From: a virus
Length of the DNA: 64,000 nucleotides
Strand: one strand, 5' to 3'
IMG/VR virus record: IMGVR_UViG_3300035145_001165
Span: 1 to 64,000 of that record
A program made the translations under genes and the position numbers. Each line of letters begins with the position of its first letter. Positions within the stretch are counted from its first letter, which is position 1. The notes beneath the pieces were generated by a model. That model made no database searches and was not told the origin of the DNA. It saw only the letters and a program-made list of their open reading frames with translations. Shown here piece by piece: positions 30,525 through 38,718 of this stretch.

Positions 30525-30693
30525 ACTCAATTACAATTTTTTTATAGGAAGATTTCCTATCAACCACTATGTAGTGTTTTACTTCACCGTCAAGAAGTTC
30601 ACCGATACTTTGTACAAGATTATCAGCAATATTCTTGTTAGAGGCTTTACGCCAATCTTCAGCATTGGAACTAGTCACGTTGTCTCCAGTCAT
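30502..30693 (-). CDS. Hypothetical protein
   Basis: ORF in a tightly packed minus-strand operon. Confidence 0.6.
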   Translation of the reverse strand: MTGDNVTSSNAEDWRKASNKNIADNLVQSIGELLDGEVKHYIVVDRKSSYKKIVIEYDHSSTV

Positions 30694-30985
30694 CAGGTTT
30701 ATCTTGCTTGAACCAATCTACGATTTCATCAGCACCATCGAACCCCGTTTTGTAATTAGATGGGTCGGGGTCGCCTAATCCCATCTTATTCATAAAATCA
30801 TCCATACTGCCCTCCTCAATATCCTGAGCAGCTTGACGGCGTGCTTTGTTTAACCAGTCGCGAGCAGTAGTATGGCGCTTTGCCAACTTTTCTGCCCAAA
30901 TCATATCATCTAGTTTAACCTCTTCTTTGTTAGCAATTTTTTTACAAATGAACTCTAAACGTAGTCGATACTGGGTAGAAAGCAT
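30671..30985 (-). CDS. Conserved cyanophage hypothetical protein
   Basis: MLSTQYRLRLEFICKKI...DDWRQRD, packed against its neighbours. Confidence 0.7.
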   Translation of the reverse strand: MLSTQYRLRLEFICKKIANKEEVKLDDMIWAEKLAKRHTTARDWLNKARRQAAQDIEEGSMDDFMNKMGLGDPDPSNYKTGFDGADEIVDWFKQDKPDDWRQRD

Positions 30986-31183
30986 TTAGTCTTTTCGCAG
31001 TTTTCCTTCTAATTCCGAAATTCTGTTGAATTCAGCGTATGCTTGTTCTGAACGCTCCGCAAGAATATCTAAGATATCTTCGCGGATGGTGTCGTTGTCA
31101 ACATAGTCGTCAAGGTATTTATCGAGAGCTTCCTTGAGATACCTGTATCTATGCCATTCTGGTGAATAAGGTTTGTAATGCAT
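30986..31183 (-). CDS. Hypothetical protein
   Basis: MHYKPYSPEWHRYRYLK..., abutting the next gene. Confidence 0.7.
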   Translation of the reverse strand: MHYKPYSPEWHRYRYLKEALDKYLDDYVDNDTIREDILDILAERSEQAYAEFNRISELEGKLRKD

Positions 31184-31198
31184 AACAGAAAAAATAAA

Positions 31199-31270
31199 CT
31201 CCCCCTCCTGGGATCGAACCAGGGACCAAACGATTAACAGTCGTTCGCTCTACCGCTGAGCTAAGGAGGA
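31199..31270 (-). tRNA. trnN: tRNA-Asn (GTT)
   Basis: Cloverleaf: acceptor TCCTCCT/AGGGGGA, anticodon arm AACGA-CTGTTAA-TCGTT, T-loop TTCGATC. No CCA is encoded. Confidence 0.95.
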
Positions 31271-31290
31271 ATGAAACCAGCGGTGCTGGG

Positions 31291-31440
31291 TTAAGAGGAA
31301 TACTCCCCTAAAATATCGAGAACCTGAGAAAGGGCGTGGTGAGCGCCATCGTGCCACTCACCACTTTTATCTCGATGCTCTCCATTATACAGCGCAGTCT
31401 TCATTTTGTAAACCCGCGCTTCAATGTCAATTTTAGACAT
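31291..31440 (-). CDS. Small hypothetical protein (49 aa, MSKIDIEARV...)
   Basis: ATG at 31440 lies just downstream of the oxygenase stop. Confidence 0.55.
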   Translation of the reverse strand: MSKIDIEARVYKMKTALYNGEHRDKSGEWHDGAHHALSQVLDILGEYSS

Positions 31441-31456
31441 ACGAGATCTAGGCATT

Positions 31457-32311
31457 TTAGAACCAATCGGAGGACCATTCCTCAGATGCCTGAGGACCAC
31501 CTTCACCGTCTTGTGCAGGAGCAGAAGGAGCGATGTTGGGGTTGCCAGGAGCTGCGTTTTGTCCAGCACCCTCAAGTTGATCAGCAAGACGCTCACGTGC
31601 TTCGTTTTCGCTAACGAGTTCAACGTTGAACGAGAACGTCATACGGAGTTTACCGTCAGGATTCTTCTCAATGGTAGGTTGACGCTGCACCATATGATCC
31701 ATCTGAGAGGGGAAGATGACAACATCACCCTCTGCAACAGTCAGAGACATTTCTTCCTTATAACAACCATACCCGAACATATCAGGATCGTAGTAATGCT
31801 TGTTATAACGAGGTCCTTCCGTATACATCTTGTTAGGATTCAGGAAGGTAGTGCCACTGTGCAGATTCGGGTCAAAAGTGATGTAGTAGATGCCCGAAAG
31901 GTGTGACGGAACGTGATTGTGAGGTTCCTGATTTTGACCAGGACCATATGCGTTAAACCACTGTTGCGCAACCAAGAATGCGTGAGGATAGAACTCTGCA
32001 GACTTAATCGCCTCTTGGAGGTTCACAGAAATGTCTGCGAGAAGTGCTTGCACCTCGATTTCTTCTTCTTTAGTATGATCTTGCATACTTTCATCGAAGA
32101 AACTGGTATAGCAGTCACAGTTCCAGCAAGCTTGACCGTCTGTGCTACGGGTATTGCTGTTAGAACCGTTTACGTCCCGATAACGCTTTTCAAGAATCGG
32201 AACGAGGATTTCTTTCCATTTTTCGTGTGTCGCTAATTTGCCACGATACACGAAAGTCGGAAAGACAGAAAACAGACCATATTGGTCTTGTTTGTTGGAA
32301 GGTTGCGACAT
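31457..32311 (-). CDS. Putative 2OG-Fe(II) oxygenase (HxH, TIGR02466-like)
   Basis: WFN....QEPHNH..SHLSGIYY, EGDVVIFPS..DHMV and RMTFSFN motifs. Confidence 0.8.
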   Translation of the reverse strand: MSQPSNKQDQYGLFSVFPTFVYRGKLATHEKWKEILVPILEKRYRDVNGSNSNTRSTDGQACWNCDCYTSFFDESMQDHTKEEEIEVQALLADISVNLQEAIKSAEFYPHAFLVAQQWFNAYGPGQNQEPHNHVPSHLSGIYYITFDPNLHSGTTFLNPNKMYTEGPRYNKHYYDPDMFGYGCYKEEMSLTVAEGDVVIFPSQMDHMVQRQPTIEKNPDGKLRMTFSFNVELVSENEARERLADQLEGAGQNAAPGNPNIAPSAPAQDGEGGPQASEEWSSDWF

Positions 32312-32374
32312 AACGACGTTATAACGAATCGTGAGTATTTATTATAGAAGAGAAGGGCGGTTTTGACCACCCTA

Positions 32375-32459
32375 TGCGAGTGGCGGGACTTGAACCCGCA
32401 AGAACGCTACGTTCGGCAGATTTTAAGTCTGATGTGTTTACCAATTTCACCACACTCGC
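32375..32459 (-). tRNA. trnL: tRNA-Leu (TAA)
   Basis: Acceptor GCGAGTG/CACTCGC, anticodon loop CTTAAAA, long variable arm, GGTTCAAGTCC. Confidence 0.95.
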
Positions 32460-32461
32460 AA

Positions 32462-32501
32462 AAAACCTAAAAAGTCGAAAAATTGGCGGACTTTTTTTTC
32501 C
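32462..32501 (-). repeat. 40-bp leader element, copy 1 (second copy at 37104-37143)
   Basis: 31/40 ungapped identity to 37104-37143 by manual alignment. Confidence 0.7.
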
Positions 32502-32531
32502 GACTTTTTGGTAATCAAAAGGCGAATTTGG

Positions 32532-32720
32532 TCAGGTAGTAGGTTCGACGTAAACCATATAGTCTTCACCCTGATCGCGGCAGCGTTCAAGCATCACCAT
32601 AAATGCTTCATAGTTGTCAGAGCAGTCAAGGGTGCGGTGCTCACCTTCATCAGAAATGAGGTGGATCGCTCGGGACTGGATGTCCACGATGATCTTTTCA
32701 ACAACAGCGTCAGGAGACAT
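32532..32720 (-). CDS. Hypothetical protein
   Basis: 62-aa ORF preceded by TGCTATAAT, an extended -10-like element. Confidence 0.65.
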   Translation of the reverse strand: MSPDAVVEKIIVDIQSRAIHLISDEGEHRTLDCSDNYEAFMVMLERCRDQGEDYMVYVEPTT

Positions 32721-32764
32721 AGGTCTTTGTCAGTACCCCGTAATTATAGCACACGGGTTGTGCT

Positions 32765-33676
32765 TTAGTTGATGAAGACGGTCGCTCCAGCAATTGTCAC
32801 ATTGGCAGTGGCAGTCACCGTTGCGTTCACGCCTGCTGCTATTGTAACAGATCCAGCGCCTGCTGTCATCACATTGTTACCAGCTACAACATTGGTGATC
32901 TTGTTACCGACCACGACGGTGTTGACATCGTTACCAGTCATAATCTTTTCGACCCTACCGAGACCGCCTGAGGCACCGATGATCGTGGTCTTGGTAGGAC
33001 CACCAGGAGGGATTGTAGGCAGAGGAGGGACAGGAGGGAGTCCTAGAATCTTCTCAGACTCTCTACCACCAATAGTTTTCTCGTGATCACCCTTAACCAC
33101 AGTGACCATATGACCCATACTCATCAGAGTAAAAGTACCTCTGGGATCAGTCATTGCAATGGTTCTTTCACCAAAGATAATATCATTTTGAGGTCCAGTA
33201 ATAGTCTCCGCTTTGATATCAGTCATAGCTTCCACTTTAGGAGCATTCTGAACAACTTTAGACTTACCGTTCAAAATAATAGATTGATCGGCATTAACAG
33301 TAAAGTTCTTGGCAGCATTAAAGTTAATGTTACCCTCCGACCGCATATTAATGTCTTTATATGCGTGGACATCTAACTGCCCATCAACCTCTAGTGTGCA
33401 AGCACCACCAACCTCGATATTAGCATCCTGCTCAACTTTGATGAGAGCATCACCATATGCGTGAACCAGAAGCTTACCAGAGTTAGGGTTGTCGGCAGGA
33501 ACCTTAACTGCTTTGATCTGGACACTACCATCTTGCCTTAAGTAGACGTGGTGTCCATCTTTATGTTGAATTAATTGATATGGTTTGTCTGGATTATCAC
33601 AAACCTGCCATATATGACCAGATCTGCTAACCTCGCTTTTAGTATTCTTCTTTTTTGGATCTGACTTACTAGACAT
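32765..33676 (-). CDS. gp5 C-terminal-like baseplate spike (beta-helix) protein
   Basis: SRSGH..CDNP...HKDG, VxG repeats, and an ending in TIAGATVFIN. The start is coupled to the upstream gene by TAATG. Confidence 0.65.
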   Translation of the reverse strand: MSSKSDPKKKNTKSEVSRSGHIWQVCDNPDKPYQLIQHKDGHHVYLRQDGSVQIKAVKVPADNPNSGKLLVHAYGDALIKVEQDANIEVGGACTLEVDGQLDVHAYKDINMRSEGNINFNAAKNFTVNADQSIILNGKSKVVQNAPKVEAMTDIKAETITGPQNDIIFGERTIAMTDPRGTFTLMSMGHMVTVVKGDHEKTIGGRESEKILGLPPVPPLPTIPPGGPTKTTIIGASGGLGRVEKIMTGNDVNTVVVGNKITNVVAGNNVMTAGAGSVTIAAGVNATVTATANVTIAGATVFIN

Positions 33677-36600
33677 TACGGGCAATCAACGTAGTTAGCA
33701 GGATCTCTAGCGAGACCTTGGAGAATAAGTTCGGACTGTTCTTCAGGAACACACTGCAGATCTGGTTTAGCATATGCACCAAATCCGCCACCACCAGTGA
33801 TGATGACTTCAGGAAGTTCAAGGTAATTCTGACCACCTTTGACCAGAACAATACCATCCACAAAACCTTCATCAGAAATAGTTGCTTTAGCAATAGAACT
33901 ATCTCCATTTACATATACTGTAGGTGCAGAAGTATAGAGACCACCAACATTAGTAATAGCAAATCCTACCAGTTGACAAACAACATTAGTAGGTTTTGGT
34001 TTACCAGCATAACCTTGTCCAGGTCTAACAACTTTAACTCGTGTCAGATAACCTTCACTATTGAGAATTGGTTCAATATAAGCACCAAATCCTCTTGCAT
34101 TATCTTCAATTGAGATGAAAGGTCTCGCACGGTATCTTCTGCCAGACTTCAGAACTGCGATGTCAATAATACCACCGTCATCATCGATAACAGGAGTATC
34201 CAAGACAGGGAGACCATCATCATCGTCATCATCACCATCGAATATAATATCAGGTTGCTGATCAACATCGGCACGGATAACAATGGTAGCAGTTGCTGCA
34301 TAGTCATTGATCGTGAACGACAGATTTTCTGCCAACTCACGCTCACTATCTTCTAACACATTGACAACCAGTTCACCCTTATTGCCTTCAATATAAACAG
34401 AACCTTCTAATGGTTCTAAAATATCACTCTGTGTAATTTGAGAACCGAACAAGGTGTAATTCAAACGCTCACCATCTTGGAAGTTTGTAGTAGTGACAGT
34501 AAATGTCACCGACTCTCCCTCTTCTACAGCAACTTTATCTGCAGCAACAGAAACAGACTTAGCATTAGGATCAAGAACACCAGTTGCTACAGGATCCAAC
34601 ACAGCACAACCTGCTGCAACACCTAAACCGTTCAACTCAACGAAAATTTGCTCAGCAACTTCGTTAGTGTCTTCTACAACACCATCATCTAGAAGTGCGA
34701 TAGTGACTGAAGCTTGGTTATCAATGACAGTAAACTGGCGACCCATATCAGCAGGACCAGTAACGTAACTCCGCTTACCATCTTCAACCACATATGAAAT
34801 GTCTGCGAAGGTGATACCTGTGGACTCTCTTCCGATGGTGTAGTTGATTGTTGTTCCATCCTCTACATTGTTGGTTTGTAAATTAAATGTAACCTCTTGT
34901 CCTTCATACACAACAGTTTTATCTGCTGTGAGTAGGTAAACAGGTGTGTCAAAGTCAAGAATAGATGCGGATCCAATTCCACCACCTGTATCCAAATTAG
35001 GAACAGTAGGATCACCTAACAATATATTGTTATCTAAGATCCAGATCTTACCTACATCTTTAGGAACATCACCACAACCATCAGTCTTGATCTTAAGGAA
35101 GAAATACTTGTTACCCTCCTGAACATTGTCAGAGATAGTACGAACTTGAATAGTTTTTTCTACCTCGCCAACACCAAATCCTAAGAAACCACTTACAGGA
35201 CAATAATCTTCGTTTGCTTTCGCAGTACCATCAATAGTATAGTAATTAAAAGAGTTTGAAGTAGAGGTGTCGCCGTTGCGTCTGACTTTAATTTCAGCAA
35301 TAGATCCTTCGGGAACACCACCAGTCTCAGGAATATCTTCTACCCTAATAGTCCTTGCGGAACAAATAGCATTAGTAATGTCCTCGAAACCAATACCAGT
35401 ACCAGTGCCAGCGCCAGTACCGTCACCAGTACCAACTCCATCACCGTCAAGACCATCACTATCAGTGTCGCCTCCACCTGAACTGTTGGGAACTTGCGGA
35501 CCCCACACGTTTACTTCAGTGGTGTGTTCTGGTTCAGTTAAGGCATCGGCACAGTAACTATCGATAGGAAGATGGTTGCCAGACTCTAGTGCAGCGAGCA
35601 GTTCATCGAGATCGTTGTATCCCGCCTTGAGTCCTTCAAAACCACCTTCCTTGCTGTCTTTTTTCTTAGGACCACTCTTGCAGGCAGCGTTACCAGAGCA
35701 AGAGATGCCCAGCAGATTCATAATAGATGAAAGACCACCGCCAACAACATCAACTGCACTACCAATAGCACCGAGGACAGAACTAAGTCCACCGAATACA
35801 GTATTAATAATACCAGACATCTCGGACAGAACGCGACCCAAGATAGCGTCAACAAAACGCTTCGCCTGACACGCTGCAAAGGAAACAATGTCTCCGATGT
35901 ATCCCAAGAGAATACCTTCGACAAAATCTGACATTCTGTCGATGAGGTTCTCCATAGTACACCCCATTTTCTCTAGCATCTGGGTGAACCAATCCACCAC
36001 AGGTTTAAGAACACCAGGAAGAGGTGCCAACAGAGCTTTAATTAATGCTTGGATGCCTTTTTTGATCTGATTCATCAGTTCGCCAAACGCTCTGCTGATA
36101 GCAGCAGAAACGACTGCCTGAACTCTAGTAATATATCCCTGAGCAATTGATTGCAACTCAAAGATACCACCAGTGTACTTACTAATGTAGTAACTACCAA
36201 TGTTACCGTTAGTATGCTGCAGTGTGGCGAAGAATTCTCCTAGGATGTTTTCGATCTTGCTGCCAGGATCTGTAGCACACTTACCATCTGCTACAGTAAC
36301 AGAGAATGTTCCTGCTTGGTTTGCATTGCTAGCAGGAGTTGAAATTGCTGAAACCTGTCTGCTTTCATCTTCATCACCAGTAGCACCAATTTGTTTTGAA
36401 CCTAAGTTAGGATTCTTGTCTGGTTGGTCTCCAGTGACGTGTGATGCAGGGTTAGGTTGATCACCAGCTTCAGCATCCTGGGTGAGGTAACGCTGCAATG
36501 CTTGATATTCTGTAGCAGGATTGTCTTTACTAGATCCAGCAACAGCATTTTGCACACCGATAACAAGACGCTGCTTGCTATCACCATTAATCAAGGATGC

Positions 36601-36873
36601 CCATACAATGTCACCTCGCTTCAGGTTATGTCCCGAACCAGAGGTACCTGTGCCACCTGCATTATCAGCAGGCATCAAAACAGTTGCCCAAGGAAGGTAC
36701 TGTGTCTCGGGCACAGGAATAAACTGACCTCCGTCGCCAGAACGGAATTCTTTATTGATTAAACGTACACGTACACGACCAGATTCTTTCGGGTCCGCAA
36801 TGTCTTCAATAAATCCCTTCTGTAATGCGAAGAGGTCACTTACATTAGCTACATTGTATGAGGTATCTGACAT
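33676..36873 (-). CDS. gp5 N-terminal-like baseplate hub protein with Calx-beta/Ig-like domains
   Basis: OB-fold motif DPKESGRVRVR...LPWATV..P, Calx-beta motif YYTIDGTAKANEDY..F..GEVEKTI, and C-terminal stalk repeats. Confidence 0.75.
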   Translation of the reverse strand: MSDTSYNVANVSDLFALQKGFIEDIADPKESGRVRVRLINKEFRSGDGGQFIPVPETQYLPWATVLMPADNAGGTGTSGSGHNLKRGDIVWASLINGDSKQRLVIGVQNAVAGSSKDNPATEYQALQRYLTQDAEAGDQPNPASHVTGDQPDKNPNLGSKQIGATGDEDESRQVSAISTPASNANQAGTFSVTVADGKCATDPGSKIENILGEFFATLQHTNGNIGSYYISKYTGGIFELQSIAQGYITRVQAVVSAAISRAFGELMNQIKKGIQALIKALLAPLPGVLKPVVDWFTQMLEKMGCTMENLIDRMSDFVEGILLGYIGDIVSFAACQAKRFVDAILGRVLSEMSGIINTVFGGLSSVLGAIGSAVDVVGGGLSSIMNLLGISCSGNAACKSGPKKKDSKEGGFEGLKAGYNDLDELLAALESGNHLPIDSYCADALTEPEHTTEVNVWGPQVPNSSGGGDTDSDGLDGDGVGTGDGTGAGTGTGIGFEDITNAICSARTIRVEDIPETGGVPEGSIAEIKVRRNGDTSTSNSFNYYTIDGTAKANEDYCPVSGFLGFGVGEVEKTIQVRTISDNVQEGNKYFFLKIKTDGCGDVPKDVGKIWILDNNILLGDPTVPNLDTGGGIGSASILDFDTPVYLLTADKTVVYEGQEVTFNLQTNNVEDGTTINYTIGRESTGITFADISYVVEDGKRSYVTGPADMGRQFTVIDNQASVTIALLDDGVVEDTNEVAEQIFVELNGLGVAAGCAVLDPVATGVLDPNAKSVSVAADKVAVEEGESVTFTVTTTNFQDGERLNYTLFGSQITQSDILEPLEGSVYIEGNKGELVVNVLEDSERELAENLSFTINDYAATATIVIRADVDQQPDIIFDGDDDDDDGLPVLDTPVIDDDGGIIDIAVLKSGRRYRARPFISIEDNARGFGAYIEPILNSEGYLTRVKVVRPGQGYAGKPKPTNVVCQLVGFAITNVGGLYTSAPTVYVNGDSSIAKATISDEGFVDGIVLVKGGQNYLELPEVIITGGGGFGAYAKPDLQCVPEEQSELILQGLARDPANYVDCP

Positions 36874-37100
36874 TAGTTATCGTGAATCTTACACTCTGGT
36901 GCGCCAGGTTCTTGATCGCAGTAGAGTTCGAGTGGTGAGGGATCGTGATGATCTCCTGCATCGATCTCTTCTTTATGATGCTCAACATACTCTTCTAGAT
37001 CGTGCAGTTCACCTTCAATGTGGCGACGCTGCTGAGGAGAAGTCATAGGATTCTGAAGAATCTCTTTGTCCTTCTCGATATGCTGTTCGATAGAGTCCAT
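36873..37100 (-). CDS. cp12: CP12 Calvin-cycle inhibitor (phage type)
   Basis: RRHIEGELHDLEEY...DPSPLELYCDQEPGAPECKIHDN, with the CP12 C-terminal Cys pair. Confidence 0.92.
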   Translation of the reverse strand: MDSIEQHIEKDKEILQNPMTSPQQRRHIEGELHDLEEYVEHHKEEIDAGDHHDPSPLELYCDQEPGAPECKIHDN

Positions 37101-37103
37101 TTG

Positions 37104-37143
37104 AAAACCTAAGGGGACGATTTTTTGGCGGAGTTTTTTTTCC
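37104..37143 (-). repeat. 40-bp leader element, copy 2
   Basis: GGAAAAAAAACTCCGCCAA...TTAGGTTTT lies immediately before the cp12 ATG. Confidence 0.7.
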
Positions 37144-37163
37144 AGATATCTGGTATATTTAGG

Positions 37164-37373
37164 TCAAATTTCGGTACGATTGACCACTTCCGTGACAGGT
37201 AATGCCTCGGGAGATTTCTCCAGTTCCATTTTAAGCCGTTCTAATTGAAGTGCAAGCTGTGCATACAATTTACTACGAATTGTAGTGTCTTCTTCGACTT
37301 CAATCTTTTCAAGAATCTGATACAGACTTTGTGTCAGATGCGTAGGGTATTGTTTTAAAAATTCCTTGTCCAT
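37164..37373 (-). CDS. Hypothetical protein
   Basis: 69-aa ORF abutting the upstream gene. Confidence 0.6.
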   Translation of the reverse strand: MDKEFLKQYPTHLTQSLYQILEKIEVEEDTTIRSKLYAQLALQLERLKMELEKSPEALPVTEVVNRTEI

Positions 37374-37374
37374 T

Positions 37375-38718
37375 TTAACAATTTTTGTTCATAGAATCTT
37401 TTACTAAAGTTGTTGCAGTAAAACATTCGCGTGGTGACATAGTATATCTATGCGCTAAGCGGAAGATTAAATAATCACCACCACGCCTGAGATCTTCATC
37501 GTCTGCTTCCTTTTCTGCATCAGGTTTTGAGGATTGAATGTGGAGTTTAATCTTGTCACCAGCACGGAGTTCAGAGTTGCCTGGTACAACAACGTTGCTC
37601 ACATTCATTGCCATTGTAGCACGGCGAGCGTTGTATTGACAAACAGTGTAGGGTTGCCAGTCAGGATACTCTGTATTAACTTCGCTACCGTCTCTACCTG
37701 TAGCATCAGATGCTGCTTCTTCTTCATTGAAGAATGCTTCGTTAGTGGTACTAAGTTTAAAAGTCCTGGTAGGTCTACCTTGAGACTGATCATAATCATC
37801 TAACCATTTCGTCAACCACTCAGGGAATGCACTTTTAGAACCGATGTGTGCCCAGTCATCCCAGTGATCACTGAGTTTCCATTCTTCTTCTTTAAACTCC
37901 TGAGAATCTGTATTAGTAACAGCAATCACAGCACGGAAGACACCGTTGTCTGCTAATGATTTGAGATCACCATCACGTTCGACAGTATAATTTTGAATGA
38001 TCAAGTGCTCAGGAATTTTACCTGTGTTAGCAGGAGACTGATAGTATTCCCAGTCTGCTTCCTTACCACCATAATCATCTTCTTTGCCAGTAGATAGCAG
38101 ATGATCAATAGATGCGAAAGTGTAACCATCTTTCGTACCCCACAAGAAATACCCACAGGTGTTTGCTTTCTGACCACTAGTAGGAATAGATTGAGTGCAC
38201 ACTCTGCGTGCCATCTTAGCAACAGAGATACCTTCGCCTCCGAATAGAAGTTTGTTGAATGGTTTATCACCACGCACCATAGGAGCTGTTGAGATACCAG
38301 AATCTTGGAAGACCGTAGCAAGAATCTGATCACCAGTTCCTACATATGTTTTCTCGCACCTGAAGTTAGAGAATGCTTTGCTATCTGCACTGATCAGATT
38401 GATAGTAGCAATCTTACCCTTGAATGAAAGGAAAGGAGACTTAACGTCACCGACTACAAACTTATACTCTTTTTCTTCGTCACTAGTCTGATCTGTCAGC
38501 AAAACAATTCTAAACTCTTCACCACCAGTGAGAGGGAGATCTTGTGCTGCTAAGTCTGTGACTGTAGCGACAGCAGTAGGACAAATTCTCTCCAGATCTT
38601 CGTAGTATGTAAAACTAGCGAGGTTATTGTTAAGAGTCAGGGTTTCACCTGTGTTCAAAGAAATCTCACACAGAATAAGTTTCCATCCAAGTTGTGCTTC
38701 GGAAGAGGGTTCTGCCAT
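37375..38718 (-). CDS. Baseplate hub protein (gp27/late-control-D-like)
   Basis: YFLWGTKDGYTFASIDHL and VPGNSELRAGDKI..GGDYLI..H motifs; adjacent to the tape-measure-like gene. Confidence 0.7.
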   Translation of the reverse strand: MAEPSSEAQLGWKLILCEISLNTGETLTLNNNLASFTYYEDLERICPTAVATVTDLAAQDLPLTGGEEFRIVLLTDQTSDEEKEYKFVVGDVKSPFLSFKGKIATINLISADSKAFSNFRCEKTYVGTGDQILATVFQDSGISTAPMVRGDKPFNKLLFGGEGISVAKMARRVCTQSIPTSGQKANTCGYFLWGTKDGYTFASIDHLLSTGKEDDYGGKEADWEYYQSPANTGKIPEHLIIQNYTVERDGDLKSLADNGVFRAVIAVTNTDSQEFKEEEWKLSDHWDDWAHIGSKSAFPEWLTKWLDDYDQSQGRPTRTFKLSTTNEAFFNEEEAASDATGRDGSEVNTEYPDWQPYTVCQYNARRATMAMNVSNVVVPGNSELRAGDKIKLHIQSSKPDAEKEADDEDLRRGGDYLIFRLAHRYTMSPRECFTATTLVKDSMNKNC

